Below, piece by piece: positions 15,256-29,856 of a stretch of 64,000 bases of DNA; position 1 is the first letter of the stretch; the number at the start of each line of letters is the position of its first letter. The translations under genes and the position numbers were made by a program. The notes beneath the pieces are model-generated. The model was not told where the DNA came from. It saw only the letters and a program-made list of their open reading frames with translations, and made no database searches. Source of the DNA: Priapulus caudatus (lineage: Eukaryota); NCBI RefSeq assembly GCF_000485595.1, contig NW_014577074.1, forward strand, positions 1,438,467 to 1,502,466, in the 5' to 3' direction.

Positions 15256-15551
15256 ATATATATATTACGGGATTCTTTGTCTCACTGGTTTCGTTGAACT
15301 GCACCACGGGTGCTGCGTGGTGTTGAGTCTAGCATAGGTTTCGTCACGTGTGCAACGTAATTCTAAGTTAAACGTAGGTTTCATCGCATGCGTTTCGCAG
15401 TGCTAGATTTGTGAGATGATATTCAACACGTGACCTGGGACTATTAGTAGGTAATGCGCGTTTGAGATGTATTGATCATTCTTTCGGCACCAAACGCCGG
15501 TGGTTGTACGGGTTCCTGCCTAATTCATTAGCATTATTCATGTTTATGCCT

Positions 15552-16268
15552 ATATTTGGTTTCAACGCTTAATTTACGGGACGCTGTGTAACCACTGGTT
15601 GTAGCTGACCGCGAGTGGATACCATGTATATATATATATATATATATAGTATATATATAAAGTAATATTATATATTATGTATATAATATGTTAACTTCCG
15701 TGCGTGATAACAATACTCAATCGCTCTTTTGATATCTCCAAATTTATTACTCAACACGTGCGTAGCTGCACACGTGCAGGTAAAACTGTAAATACAAAAT
15801 AATGTACACTAAATATTACGTCGCTCATGTCATGTAATGTTTACGATATCCAACGTTAATATAACAAAGATTCAAATTATAAGAAATTAGACGAGAACCA
15901 AGAGAAAACACTTACAATGTATGGTGCATCGTGGAAGAAATGCGCGAGCGCACGCGAACGTATAAATACAGCTCAAGCAGCAAAGGGCCCGCGCCACGCA
16001 CAACAGACGCTTTTATACCGCGACAAGGAAACCCGCGAGTCACATGACTAAAACATAATGTAAACGAGCCGAACCGCAGCCAAGCTGAATAGCTTAAATA
16101 CCGCGCAAAACAAGAACCGAACAGTGCTAGAAATACGACAGTATATGACACACTCAACAGAAATGATGAGAAGAAATAACAATATATATATATGTGTGTA
16201 TATGTATATGTATATGTACAACCAGTGGTTGCACAGCGTCCCGTAAATTAAGCGTTGAAATCAAATAT
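15552..16268. mobile_element. Putative non-autonomous DNA element bounded by 52-bp inverted repeats
   Basis: 15552-15603 atatttggtttcaacgcttaatttacgggacgctgtgtaaccactggttgta matches the reverse complement of 16217-16268 with 2 mismatches; no coding interior and no clear TSD. Confidence 0.6.
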
Positions 16269-19174
16269 TAAATATATAAAATACGTGTACGTGTGCAAAA
16301 TTTTGTTACGTGAGAGTACAACATGGTTTTGCTGCATAATTAATTGCGATTGTACGTTCCGCCGTCTACACATGACAAGATTGAATTCTAAATAAATCGA
16401 TTACAAAACGCAATTCGACAACACTAGAATGTAATAATTGGATTTGTTGATATAAATAAGAAATGATAACGCAATCAATGTAATGTGGTTAACAAGAATG
16501 GTACGGTTGGTTTATATCCAATCAATTAATTATACATCTAGTTTCATGATTGTTTTTTCAATTTGCGACTATATGCTATATGGTTTGAAATATGAAATCA
16601 CAATGCACACGTGCATGCCGTCGTCAATTCAATCCTAGCGTTATTCATGAGAATGTTTGCAATTACGTTAGACCATAATGAGTTTAAAAAAACAACATGT
16701 TTTTATGAATCTATGGCAAGCAAGAAGTGTTGTCATATTTGTTTACCATTTGTGTGTATGGTTTGCGACACATGAGTGTAAATGCAAGCCAGCGAACAAA
16801 GAAACCATAATTAATACTTAAATATCGAATAAGATTGGATATATTTAACCATTCCCTTCATTGTGCCCTTGTTAATCAACACAATTTTAAATAGACGCAA
16901 ACGCCCTCGCTGGGCGTACACGACTGACATTCACGCGTAATATTCAAAAACAAGAGCTTACACACTCTCAAATGCCAAAAAGATCTTGACTAGTACATAC
17001 GCCACCTGGTGGCCTTTACATCTGTCTAGCCATGTGTAGAACGCGGTGGAACAAGGTATGCATGCGGTGGTAATTATCTTGTTATATATGATATGCTCGA
17101 TAGACTAATTCACAGCGGGCGTGAGGGACGTACACTTTACTCCCTCTATTTGACAGTTCGCTTGTAATACCGAAGAGAAACGCCCACAAGTCACCCAGCA
17201 GTGTTTCTGTCTATTCCCTATTATCTACTCCTGATGTAAATACATCAGACCAGGAGTAAATAATAGATACGGTGTCTATAATTTACTTCTGATACACACA
17301 CGCATGCGCGTGCTTGAAGATATATGTGTCGGTATGGGGGCGTGTGCGTGTGCGTGTACCTGCGTGCGCGCGTGTATCTTGTGTGCGTGTGTGTATTTAA
17401 TGTGCGCATATGGCTCATCATACGTCGCACGATATTTTCTATATTCGCTAACCTCTATGACTTTGAAACGGCATCTAGCGATCTACTAGCTGTATTCGAG
17501 CCGGCAATGCACACATAGAGCGCTGATCAATATAACATTACAGCTATTTGGCAAATTACCGAATGAAAGCAACTGTGGCTAAACAGAATACAATCAACGT
17601 GTAATTATTACAGGTTAGGCGGCGCATGGCTGCATGCGCGCGTATATCTCCGCCATACGTCTGATCTGCAATTACACACGTATAGCGCCCTAATTACGAA
17701 TCCCGCCGCGATGCTACAGATGGAAGCTGTGTGTTCTATTCCAGCGAGCAGTCAGCTGCTGCTGCTGTTGCTGCTGTGGTCTCCCCGCGTTGTCACACAC
17801 GCACGAGAGCGTTTTGCCGCCTCTCATCGCTAATTCACTGAGCTGGCAAGGCAGAGTTTGTACGTGCGTGCACGAGTGCGTGACTGCGTGCATGCGTGCG
17901 TGCGTGCGTGCGTGCGTGCGTGTCTTCGTTCGTGCGCGCGCATACACGTGTCTGTAATTTATGGCGTGCGTGCGTGCGCTATTGCGTTACGCGCGTCGCT
18001 GCACATATGCACGAATGCGTGTGTATGTATGTTTTAAACTAAGCCCAAATCGGAATAAAGCCATAATAATTCTCATATGGCGCATTTTCTCTCGTTTCTT
18101 GTAATTTACTAACTAATAACATAGACCAATCATATTAACATATTCTTTGACTCTACAGTATAGGCACCCTAAGATTTAAACAGATAGCTGTATGACGAAA
18201 CCTGCCACAGACAATAATGGTCAGCTAGGCCACTAGAAATACGCTACACTGCACTACGTAAAAGAAGATTGTAATTGTTTATATTTTACATCCACATCTT
18301 ATGTAATGATTATAACACAAAAGGCAGGTATCAAATATTGCGAGCGCAAAATAATTAATTTTTTAGAGCAACGTGTTTTTATTATATCAAGAGCGTATAA
18401 AGAAGGTCTTCTTAATACGCTCTTGATTATACGTATTACAACACGTAAAAATGTCCTGCATAGATAAGAACGGCTTGATGGTAGAGGAGTGCACAAGCAT
18501 AAACGCAAGCGCGCACCTACACCCTAGTAAGAGCATGAGTGCATGCGCCAGTGCGTGTGGTTGTTAACATATATTATGCACGCACACGCGTGTATGTGTG
18601 TATGGCTGAGTGATACGTGCGAAGCCAGAATGTTCCTACTATTTAGGACAAGATGCTGGCTCCGTGAAAGTGAGTTAACTACCTTCTTGTTTTATGTTGA
18701 TGAATGTTTTGCCCACTGATATTACTTTTACGGTGTTTGTGTTCACCGAGCATTCCATTTATTTTACGTCGACGAATCCGTCTTCCTAATGTAATGACTT
18801 GCGCGATAGCTGTCCCATATTGCATGCGCAGAAAAGAAGAAACCTTTCATGGAGAAATATTTGCAGTTCCCCTGAATGTGTATTTGTCATCTTTACTGCA
18901 TGAATTTGCTTTGCCAAGTCCTGCCCTAGAGCGCAGCGACGGGCGGAAATTTCAATTCCCCTGATGGAAATCTGCACGCCTTTATGCATAAACGTCCGGC
19001 GCAGCGGCGCAATTTGTGCCTACTAAAATGCCGGTGCGAAATTGTATTTATATTTGAGACTTGGCGGGAGCGTGTGCTCCTGAATCAGTCAGCGCGCCTA
19101 ACAACTGAACGGATAGCCATCTCCCCTACCCCTTCCCGACTAGGCTCAGCACACGCACGTCCGTCACTGCGCGC

Positions 19175-19178
19175 TCTC

Positions 19179-19250
<72 letters not shown>

Positions 19251-19260
19251 NNNNNNNNNN

Positions 19261-19342
<82 letters not shown>
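19175..19342. repeat. (CT)n microsatellite spanning a 10-N gap
   Basis: Direct reading; N at 19251-19260. Confidence 0.95.
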
Positions 19343-19345
<3 letters not shown>

Positions 19346-19974
19346 GAAGTCAAAATGTACAGGAGTAATCTTTTAAAAGCCCGACACAAAATAAATGATG
19401 CGACGCGTTCTCACGCGTAACCCACTAATGCCCGAATATGGGAAACCGAATAAATATTAATGCGAATATCATATTCGTATTCATTTCGGGTTGTTGCCAT
19501 TTCAAAGTGCCTTTGCGTGATTTCGTTATACGTGCGGGATCAAAGCTGTTTTGAAAAAACGTCGTCTTCTTCCGACAACGCATATAAGCGTAACGTGTAA
19601 TATTCACATGCACGATACCTACTGAAAATGAATTTGTAGTTTTTCCAACTTTGGTGAGTTCAATATTTATACGTTATTATAACTATATTATGCCACCAAG
19701 TGATTAAAAGATCATGGGCCCAATCACTGATGAATTAACTGTGAAGAGGTATATCGCTGTCAATTTAGGAACGTGATGTGTACTCGTACAGTATTGTAAT
19801 CTTTAGCTAATAATAGTCACGCGTATCGTCAAGCATATCATCATCATATTATATAATTATATTATATTAAGAATAATCGTTCATGACGACACGCAACCGT
19901 CGCGTGAAAACCAGCATATAAATTACGCATCTGCGCGTCAGCATTTTTTTTTAAAGAAAATTATTCATTTATTT

Positions 19975-20135
19975 TTATTATCATCTTCGTCGTCGTCACC
20001 GTCATCGTCATTAGTATCATCATCGTCATCGTCGTTGTTGTTGTCTTCGTCATCAGCTTCGTAATCATTGTCATCGTCGTCATCGTTTTCGTCGTCGTCG
20101 TCGTCATCCTTTTCGTCGTCGTCGTCATCGTCGGC
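19975..20135. repeat. Degenerate (TCG/TCA)n trinucleotide repeat
   Basis: tcgtcgtca runs. Confidence 0.85.
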
Positions 20136-20575
20136 GTCTGTGTGTATTGTTACGCCCTTGTAGATGCTAGGTAGGAGTGCTGTCGGCCATCGATTAAACG
20201 ATGCAGACTAATTTATTTTCGATAAAGACAATGCAGGCAGGGAGTCTTGTGGGCCAGCGATCGATAGCCTTTCATGCAAAAATTAAACGCACACATGTAC
20301 ATGATCAATTTTTCATGATAACACGCGACGCGCCTTACATATTTTATCCTTTCTACACGTTTTTCCACGAAAAAGAAATTAGCCGAATTTTTTTACGTTC
20401 CACTCGCGCCGCGTGCGCAAACCTTTTTGTCCTGGCTTCATAGAGCATTGATAGCTATTAATCATTCAATACGCAGCCAGAACCTAGGTCTAAATTATGT
20501 TTAGATTACACAAGCCCCTTCTCGCTCATGTATTTTCGCATCAGTAAATTTCCGCACTTATAATGTGCGATAATT

Positions 20576-20638
20576 ACAGCCCCCCCCCCTCCCATTTTCC
20601 AGCACGCCCTCAGCGACGCAAGGAGGGGGGGGGGCTGT
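20576..20638. repeat. Inverted repeat with poly-C / poly-G arms
   Basis: acagcccccccccctcc ... ggagggggggggggctgt. Confidence 0.7.
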
Positions 20639-21187
20639 TAGGTGACGTATCCCTAGGTGTCATGGCGTCCAGTTAGGTAATGAATCGACATATCAGACTA
20701 TTCATCTTGGAGAGTAACTCGCGAATAATCTCGGCAGAGGAAGTCTTTTTGCGCGGATTCATTTCCCTCGCGAGAACTACATCAGTATTCGGCCGCAAAG
20801 TCTATAACGCGTTTCTTTGAATTTTCGATGAGGAGCGTATACATGCACTTTAATTCTACGCTGGGTGAAATATGTGTGAAATATATATAAGGGCATGATA
20901 AATATCGCTGAACGCGTAATGCGGATGTAGAAAGGCTAGCTTCAGCCGGGTTTATATAGCCTTCGAAATTGCCCGATTACTGCGCCAAGTATGAAATACA
21001 AGTGCTTTCATTACCATATTCAGGAGACAGTGTGCAAGTGTGTATTCAGTATCTTCTTTCAGGACGTTGATGTAATATTACAATAACTTCACAATAATTA
21101 CCAAAACGGTATGTCAACAACGATTCCTAAAGCCAATTCTAGAAGCGACGCGCACAGTATATTTTTTATATAACCCTGATCACCCAC

Positions 21188-21227
<40 letters not shown>
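21188..21227. repeat. (AAT)n microsatellite
   Basis: Direct reading. Confidence 0.9.
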
Positions 21228-21228
<1 letters not shown>

Positions 21229-21390
21229 CGTAGATGTTTTGTAGATAGATGGGTTCTAAATAGAATATTTCATCACGTTATGATTAGGTATATATGAATT
21301 ATCATTGACTATACATGTAGCAACCGAGACTACGGCCGATCAATGGTCATGCCGCGTGTATGCTCAGTATTCATGTATTATAATATATCG

Positions 21391-21436
<46 letters not shown>

Positions 21437-24376
21437 ATTTATGGTAACACCATCTTGCATCTTGTCATACGCCAGAAGACAAGTATATTATCACGCTCAC
21501 TACGTAGAACAGCGTGCAGCATCAATGATAAGAACGGCATTTGATTCAATATTCGATAATAGATGATTCAATAACTCATAATCGCAATTACTATGATGGA
21601 AGGCTTTTTGCAATTTGAGCTCGCAGAGGGATAATTATAGGACTTCAAATGCCGCGCAATGAGCTGCAAATGAAATTTGTAATGCAGGCCGCTGCCTGCA
21701 GCCTGCGCGGCATGCATTGAGCTCATGCATTATTTTCCCGTTTTGTTTTCCAATATGAGTGTTTTGTCAAGATAACCTCCACGCCTTTATAAAATTTGTA
21801 AATAAATTAGCGTTGCCATCGGCTAGTCGTGTGGCACACGTCTCTCGACAACGATAAAGCGCTTATTATAGTCGGTAAAAAGTGGCGCAGGGGCAGTTAT
21901 AGTAACAACTAGCACAATACACCGCGGCAACGTTTTATCCGGAGGTAAAAATGTTCACACGAAAACTACTCTTCGCATATGAATAAAAATTTATTTTTAA
22001 AATAACAGTAGATAACTGATGAAAAGGGTGTAGGACTGGTCTATTGGGTTAATAATGTTAAGAAGTCTAAAATATAATTTCTAACCATGCATATTACTAA
22101 GAGCTAGTAATACCTCTTTCACACAAGCTTATACTCAACCTATTATTAGCTCTTGATATTGCTATTTACGATCGTGTTTACAACCTATAACTGAACTTGA
22201 GCTTATAACTTTTAATGTGCAGATTTTCTGTAATTAAAATGTAGTCCAAATGGGATTACGTAAAAATTCATTTCTACAGCAGATACCTTTTTGCAAATTA
22301 TCATGTCTGTTCAATTAAAAAAAGTTTAAACACGCGTGCTAACATTTTAGCAGTAGTGGAATGATTGCCTTTTTCAGCAAATTCATGAAAAGTCAAATAT
22401 GCCTATACTTGAAGTAAATTGTTTGGGTAATGCATTTACTATTGATTATTAATGTAATAATGTAAAATTATTATTTGTAATAGAATAATGCAAGAATTAT
22501 TCTACGCTTGTGACTTCGCATAGAACTTTCATTAAAATTGTAATTTGAAAAAAAGATTAGATTTCCAAGCCAAAGATTTAGCGCCATCATTAAAAGCAAA
22601 TCAAAACCGCTGTTCATTTATAAGTCATTACGGTTACAGCTAACGAGATTTTGGAATCATGTGATTGAGCTAAACCTTCATTTAAAAGCTTAGACGATTG
22701 CCTTTAACAGAGTTGAAAATATTACCCCATCTCTCATGTATTCATACTTTAAACAGAAAATTTTTCTCCCAGAAACACCGAACAATTAGGCATGTGAATA
22801 ATTAGGTTAAGCCGCCTATTTAAATTATTGAGAAGACGACACACGCGCGCGCTCTCACACACACAAACAAACAAACAAACAAACGCCGCACGCACACATG
22901 CACGCACGCACATACGAACGCACAGGCAGACTCCCACTTTCACACACACGCACACGCACACGCGCACACACGCACGAACGTACGCATACACACACACACA
23001 ATGTTCTCATACGTCCCTACCATACAACATTTTAATACTGCGTATCAAACAATTCAACAAAAGATATTAAGTATAAAATGGCTTTAAATGAATACATTAC
23101 TAGACATTAAAATATACATTTAATAATCAAATTCGAGAAAACTAGTCGCACTTTCCGCTGGAATTAAGATTTTGTAAATTAATGTCACAAACCACACCAA
23201 CCATTAGTACGAAACGCGTTTAATGTTATATTTCTGTCAAAAGATGGTCCTAAAACATGATCAATAATCGTTTGAACTGATTTAAACGAAATGTATTTTC
23301 AACAAATAACGAACAACATTGTTCGCTCTTCCTCGCAATATATTGTCATATATACTAGTGCCTCACGCGAAAGGTTCCTATAACTTACCGTGTAAAGTCG
23401 CGCTTGTACGAATGAAATGGAATCTATTTTCTCCGTTGCCATCCCGCATTATATCGTTGCATATACTTATTACTTCTGCTTGTGCATTACGAGCAAAGAG
23501 CCTGACTTACCGTCTGAGATCGCACACAGTCCGACGACAATTCCGCACATCTATACCTGCCGGCTCGCCTCGTCTGCTCTCTGCAGCAGCGTTCACCCTT
23601 CCCGGATTGCACTCGGTCAGAGATGCTCAGCTGCCTGTGACAGCCCGCATCTCCCGTCTCCAAAGTGTCTGAGAGGGCTTCGACGAGCGCCGACAGGGGT
23701 GATCCGAAAGGTGGATCAATAAAAATCCCTCGTTACAAGTCAATTAGACAGACGAGCCTTTGTGCGAGTGGCGGTTAGTCTGGGCTACACAACGCAGACA
23801 CACGGAGCAGCACAGTTCCCATCGTTAGCCATCATCAGAATGTAGTGGTGTAAGTTTTAGGGGGACCGGGGAGAAATTTGTGGAAAGGAAACTGATCCAG
23901 GCATACATATGAATATAGCCATATACATGACGTAGTGTATCGTAGAGCTTTTATATTTAGCACGTGCACCCGACTCTAAAGAAAACTACACGAATTCATC
24001 AACCATTAAAATCTTACCTACTGCTTAGCAAACCTGTGTGAGAATTGTGAAAAACAGCCGCATAGCTACAACACTTTTATTATAAATCTGTATGGTGTAG
24101 CGCCCCTGTAATCCGGAAAGCTTGTGCTAGGTTGAAAAGTCCAGACAGGTGGTCGTGAGGCATAGAGATCAATACGGCACCAACACACACACACACGTGC
24201 GCGCACACACACATTCTGCAATTATATGATTAGAAATGCGACGCCGTCACATATCAATAAAATCTGCGCTATGTTGCGCTGCAGTACGGCAGAAAGATGG
24301 AAGCAGAGTGAGAGAAGGCACGCGAGAGAGAGCGCCAGAGGAAGAGAGCGAAAGATACACGGGAAGATCGCTCATA

Positions 24377-24377
<1 letters not shown>

Positions 24378-24450
<73 letters not shown>

Positions 24451-24463
24451 GTGNNNNNNNNNN

Positions 24464-24540
<77 letters not shown>

Positions 24541-24670
24541 GTGCGCGTGCGCGTGTGCGCGTGCGTGAGCGTGTGCGTGTGCGTGTGCGTGTGAGAGATA
24601 GATAGAGTGATAGAGATAAAGTGATACAGAGATGGAGAGATTGAAAGATAGATAAAAATATAAGATATAT

Positions 24671-24704
<34 letters not shown>

Positions 24705-24765
24705 AATATATATATATGTGTGTATAGAGAGAGGGGGGTGAGAGAGAAAGAGAGAGAGAGAGATT
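24378..24765. repeat. Compound (GT)n / (TA)n / (GA)n microsatellite with 10-N gap
   Basis: Direct reading; N at 24454-24463. Confidence 0.95.
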
Positions 24766-26189
24766 TTGGTATTCGCCCAAGCTGCTTCGAAACACAACAG
24801 AAATACAACATATATGTAGGCGTGTCTCTTCTTGGTAATGTCATATAATGAATATGGTCTGACAAGCACTGTTGTAATCGTCAGTTAATTTTCTAAGAAA
24901 TTGTGGTGTATATTAGAATTCTTGAATTTACTAGATGCCCGATTTCTAACATTAAGTACCATGATTAATGTTACGATATCGGTTTCAACCTGTTTACCTT
25001 GACATGTATTCGGCTCATTCGTGTATACGCATCTACGATTATATTGGGATTAGTAACAAATTTGTAATGAAATATTTTACCTTGTTTATTACACGTTTGA
25101 TCCATAACGGCTAAATTTCACAAGAATGCTTTATTTCTATAAGATACTATTCTTAGCTACACATCCTTGTCCTGTTATCCAATGTAATAGATGCGAATAA
25201 GCTGAGGTTCAACACTATGCAAGATGATCTTTGTAAGTTATAATTAATAATTAGGAGTTTTCAAGATTCGGGGCTAAGTAATAAACCACACATCCACAAT
25301 CGCAATTCGTCCACAGGCGTTTCCGGCAATAGGCTGAATGGAATGCTAATAGAAAGACATCAGTCCAATTAGAAACTCTCGACAAAATCCTCGACAACTG
25401 ACACTGCATAAACTGGCGCGATGCTATAAGTGTGATATAATTTCTGCACAACCCTTACCATAATTAAGTGTATAATATGTTATAATTACCATACAGCTAT
25501 AGATCTGCAGTATTCTCGCATACGAACTGTTCGTATAGAACGTTGTCGCACAGCATCATTCGCATCTCACGCATCTTCGTCTGATCACGGTTCGCTAGAG
25601 CGCATTATCAACGCACGAAACTCTTTCGTGTATAGGATGAAAAAATCTAACCGAAAACATGTTTACCGTGCTGCATTCGAACGCGCGTAAAATTAGCGTC
25701 GTATGCGTGTAGAATATACGGCCGTCTATGTGCATAAACGATGCATGGAACGTTGTTGAGCGCGCAGAGAGCGGCAGATGGCTTCGTCATGCGGCTATCA
25801 CATCACTCGTGCCTGCACCGTGATAGCGGCGGGCCCGAGAGAAGAGCGCGTGCGGTGCGCTAATGAATAGCGGCGATTCGCACCGTGTTTGCGATCTTTT
25901 TATTCCGCGTTTCTATGCAAACGCGAATCGGGTTTTTTTTTTCTCAAACACAAGGCAACGGGTTCTTTCTCTAATACGGCTTTCACCGCAGCGCATGTAC
26001 ACGGCTGCAGACGGCTGCAGGAACCCATGCAAGCATCCGTACACCTAGCGGGCACGAAGTAATGGCGGGCGGGCATGGCGCAGGCGACAGGCGATCCTAG
26101 CCGATTGCTGAAGTCTATTTTATATGCAAGCTCTGTAACGCATATTACGTTCATCATTTCCAGGCCGCACAATATACACACGTATAAAA

Positions 26190-26318
26190 AGATATACGGT
26201 ATACACGCGTATACAGAGATACGGTATACACGGCATGGTACGGTATACACGTATATACAGAGATACGGTATACACGCGTATACAGAGATACGGTATACAC
26301 GGCATGGTACGGTATATG
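26190..26318. repeat. Short tandem repeat, 69-bp period, with tacggtatacac subunits
   Basis: atacggtatacacgcgtatacagagatacggtatacacggcatggtacggtata occurs at 26194 and 26263. Confidence 0.9.
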
Positions 26319-29229
26319 GCACGAACACTTTTGTGACGAGACTCACTAATCTGCGACAGGCGCATGCGCACATGTTACAAGTCCCTGCATTCGTGTATGT
26401 TAGAGTCACCGCCGTCTACACTGATCAATAAACTAGTCCACATGAGAGCACTATTGCAACCTTTATTACAGGGTATTAGGTATTCAGTGGTAATGCCTTT
26501 GTTCACAAGACCGCATCTCTCTAGGGCGCCGCCGATGTAATATTACAAATTGGTTTAAGATAAGTTACCGGTCGTGTAGCCGTCCGTCGGTTAGCGCCTG
26601 GCAGCGGACAAGAGACTATAAAATATGTGAGCGCGTGAACGAGAAAACTCCCTCAGTCGTAAATTAGCAATACTGTCGCTGCCGTCCGTATGTACGACAC
26701 ACAGGCACATTGGATAACCTAAAAGCGAGCAGGATTCAACTGATTCGCCGCTCCAAGCGTGACCACGGGCTGCATATCAGGCTCGGGCAAGATTTCGCCT
26801 ATGCGCTTTATAAGCATATGAGAGAGGGCTATAACGGTGGGAAGCAAAAGGCGGTAGTATAGTTACGACAATGTGATATGTAACGATGCGTCGAATGAGC
26901 GGAGTGTTCCCAAATATCGCGGTGCCCTGTGCGTGTCTGAACATTGTATATACGGCTTTAGGAAAGCTCGATGAATACACGCGGTTGTATAAAACCCAGA
27001 CACGTGGCATGCCCTTGTTCTCATCTACCTGTGGCTCGTATCTCTTCCCGTGAGCCTAACCATTACTGGGACTGATTGAGAGCGTGCCATGGAGCGATGT
27101 ATTTTCCATTCTCCTTTTGAAGAACGTGTTAATTGCAAGGCAATAAACCTCGGACGGGGAGACCGGGTGGATTAGGCACTGAAGCACCGACGGTTGACGC
27201 CTGACTGTGTTAGCTGCGTCATAAGCTGCAAAGTCAGCAGAATTCGATGCAATAGCGTGAAGGTTGAGGCAACAACTATCGCCCAGCATGCAGAGATCCG
27301 AGCGTCACACCGAGTTTTCTCACGCGTCTACATTCTCCGATATTTACATTCGAAATCCGCGTCTATAGAGAGGCTAACGCGCCCATAGCACGCCTTCAGT
27401 TCGCTATTCAAGCTAGTCATGCTTCATTCGTGACAACTCACTTTACAGTTGACCGTCGGATGCGAACCTTGTTTGCACTACATTCCCCGAGCAGTCCAAC
27501 CGACGAAGTACGTACACACAAGCGGTCGGTTCACTAACAGCGCGGTGATTATCATCGAATCCGTCGTTCGTGCGAGAAAATTGCCGTATAAAAACCATCG
27601 TCTTTCTTCTGTGATCGTCAATGGAAGGCTTGAGGACGAGCATTCATCATTTCATTAGTCGTTGATGCTTTAACCGTTTAAAACCTTTGCGAATGCGGTA
27701 GCGAAAATATTTGGTTGAAAATTGTAATCAATATCTTTATTAAATAAGAAACAGATCTAGTCGTTTTTCGTCACTGGCCAGGAAGATTCTTACCTACCCC
27801 ATCACTCTGCGCACCCTACCTCTCGTTTCCCCACTCTCATTCCCCCGCTCTCTCTTCCTCTCTTGCTCCCATACATTCTCTCTCGCGCTTTATCTCATCG
27901 TAGCCCACCTTTGAGCAAAGGAACGCCCGATGTCAATTTCACCGTGCACATTCCCTCTAAATGTTTAATCAAGCGTGCGCACTCTCGTTGGCTCGGAGAA
28001 TTAATCTCCGTCAGCAATTACCAGTATTTTGTCGATGCAATTCTCTAATTTCATTTCACTCAGCGACCGACGTGGCCGCGTCCGCATTGCGCGCGTGTTA
28101 CACTCGAGCTCAAACTAAGCCAGCTAAGTACTTCAAAAACCATTTTACGGGAGGGTGCATTAAAAGTTGGTGAATTTTTAATGATGCTCTGGGCGCGGCT
28201 TTAAAGAAAGCCAGCCTAAAGGTGACGGCGAGTTTCGGCAGACACTGGGGATTTGCGGCAGACGACAGTGGCATTTGACTATTGTTTTCAGGCAGTTTTC
28301 ACGGATGGTGCGGCACACGTTCGGCTGACATTTTGGCTTTTACGCGCAGAATAGATTTCGCGCCGTCATCTGCCGCGTGTTGGAGCCGTAAACACAGAGG
28401 CGCCTCTGAGAGGGTATATAGTATACAGGCGTGGATGCCCATGTGTCGGCATAGCTAGTGCGTTAAACGCAAGGTAAGCCTGTGGGATAGTCACTTCAAG
28501 GCGTGAATTTGCGATGCCGCAGTTTGAGTCATGAGCACCAAGGACGAGTCTACGTGATCAGGCACCGGGCAGATGTGTTAGCTTGCTTCTGATGACATGT
28601 GTTTTGAGGGTAGCGCTGGTGCGCGATATTTATGTTGTGTTTACCTTGCGTTGCATTTTCGTGCTAATATTTCTTCTCATTATAGGTGCACAAGTGTTGC
28701 ATGCACCTGGAGATCTCTGATATGTACCTTTTACCAGAAGTATGTAACGATTCTGACCTTATGCTGCATGTATAGCAGGATATATGCTACAGTTTCATTA
28801 AAGGTCATCTATCCAAGAACCCGTCGATGTGCATTGTCACCATTAGCAGGACCTCAAGGCAGCCATATTAAATTTATACTATTTTGAAAGTTAAAAAAAA
28901 GTTGAATAAAAACCAGTTTTTTTTAACATTATCTGCATTAATTTTCAATTACGATATGTACCTAATACCTCTTTCCGATCAGAGTGATCACATTCTGATT
29001 GTCTGCTCTCCCCTTATTGTAGAAAAATGATTCGTCCTAACCTGACGTGATTTTCAATTCAAACACCTCTACGAGTGTTATTGTTTTCGAACACAAAAAT
29101 TTCGCGCTGCGTGATAACACCGCCGCTGAATTATTTAAGGCGCTCTCCTAAAAACCATCCAATATCGTAGAAGCGCTGGCCTGTGATCCATGACACTCAC
29201 TGAAAATTTCTAAATGGTAAAATATACGT

Positions 29230-29350
29230 ACGTGTTTGTGTGACAGCGCCAATGCGTGCGTGTATACATGCGTGCGTCTGTGCATTGATGTGTGTGCGTG
29301 CGTGGGTGTGTGCGTGTGTGTGCATGGATGTGCATGCGTACGGGTGTACG

Positions 29351-29383
<33 letters not shown>

Positions 29384-29502
29384 GCGTGCATCTGTGCGTG
29401 CATACGCGGACATGCATGGTTACATGCGCGCGTCTGTGCGCCAGTGTGTGCGTGGTGTGTGTGCGCGCGTGTGTGTGACGTGTGTGTGTATGTGTATGTG
29501 TG

Positions 29503-29534
<32 letters not shown>

Positions 29535-29640
29535 TGTGTGTGTGCGTGCGTGCGTTCGTTCGTGCATGTGCGCGCTCGTGCGTGCGTGCGTGCGTGCGTG
29601 CGTGTGTGCGTTCGTTCGTTCGTGCGTGTGTGCGTGCGTT
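29230..29640. repeat. Compound (GT)n/(GCGT)n microsatellite
   Basis: Direct reading. Confidence 0.9.
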
Positions 29641-29676
29641 CATATATTTATGCGTTGCTACGTGTGTACCTCTGTA

Positions 29677-29856
29677 CGTGGCGTGTGTGTGTGCGTCCGT
29701 GTGTGTGTGTGCCTGTAGTTGGAATTTATTAAAGTATAGAGTATATAAGCGTCTTTCAACCAAGAGCGTGGCGTGTGTGTGTGCGTCCGTGTGTGTGTGT
29801 GCCTGTAGTTGGAATTTATTAAAGTATAGAGTATATAAGCGTCTTTCAACCAAGAG
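29677..29856. repeat. Perfect 90-bp tandem duplication
   Basis: 29677-29766 is identical to 29767-29856. Confidence 0.95.

Noticed and set aside
19975..20135. Poly-Asp coding potential on the minus strand
   Set aside because: No start codon or convincing splice context; a simple trinucleotide repeat.
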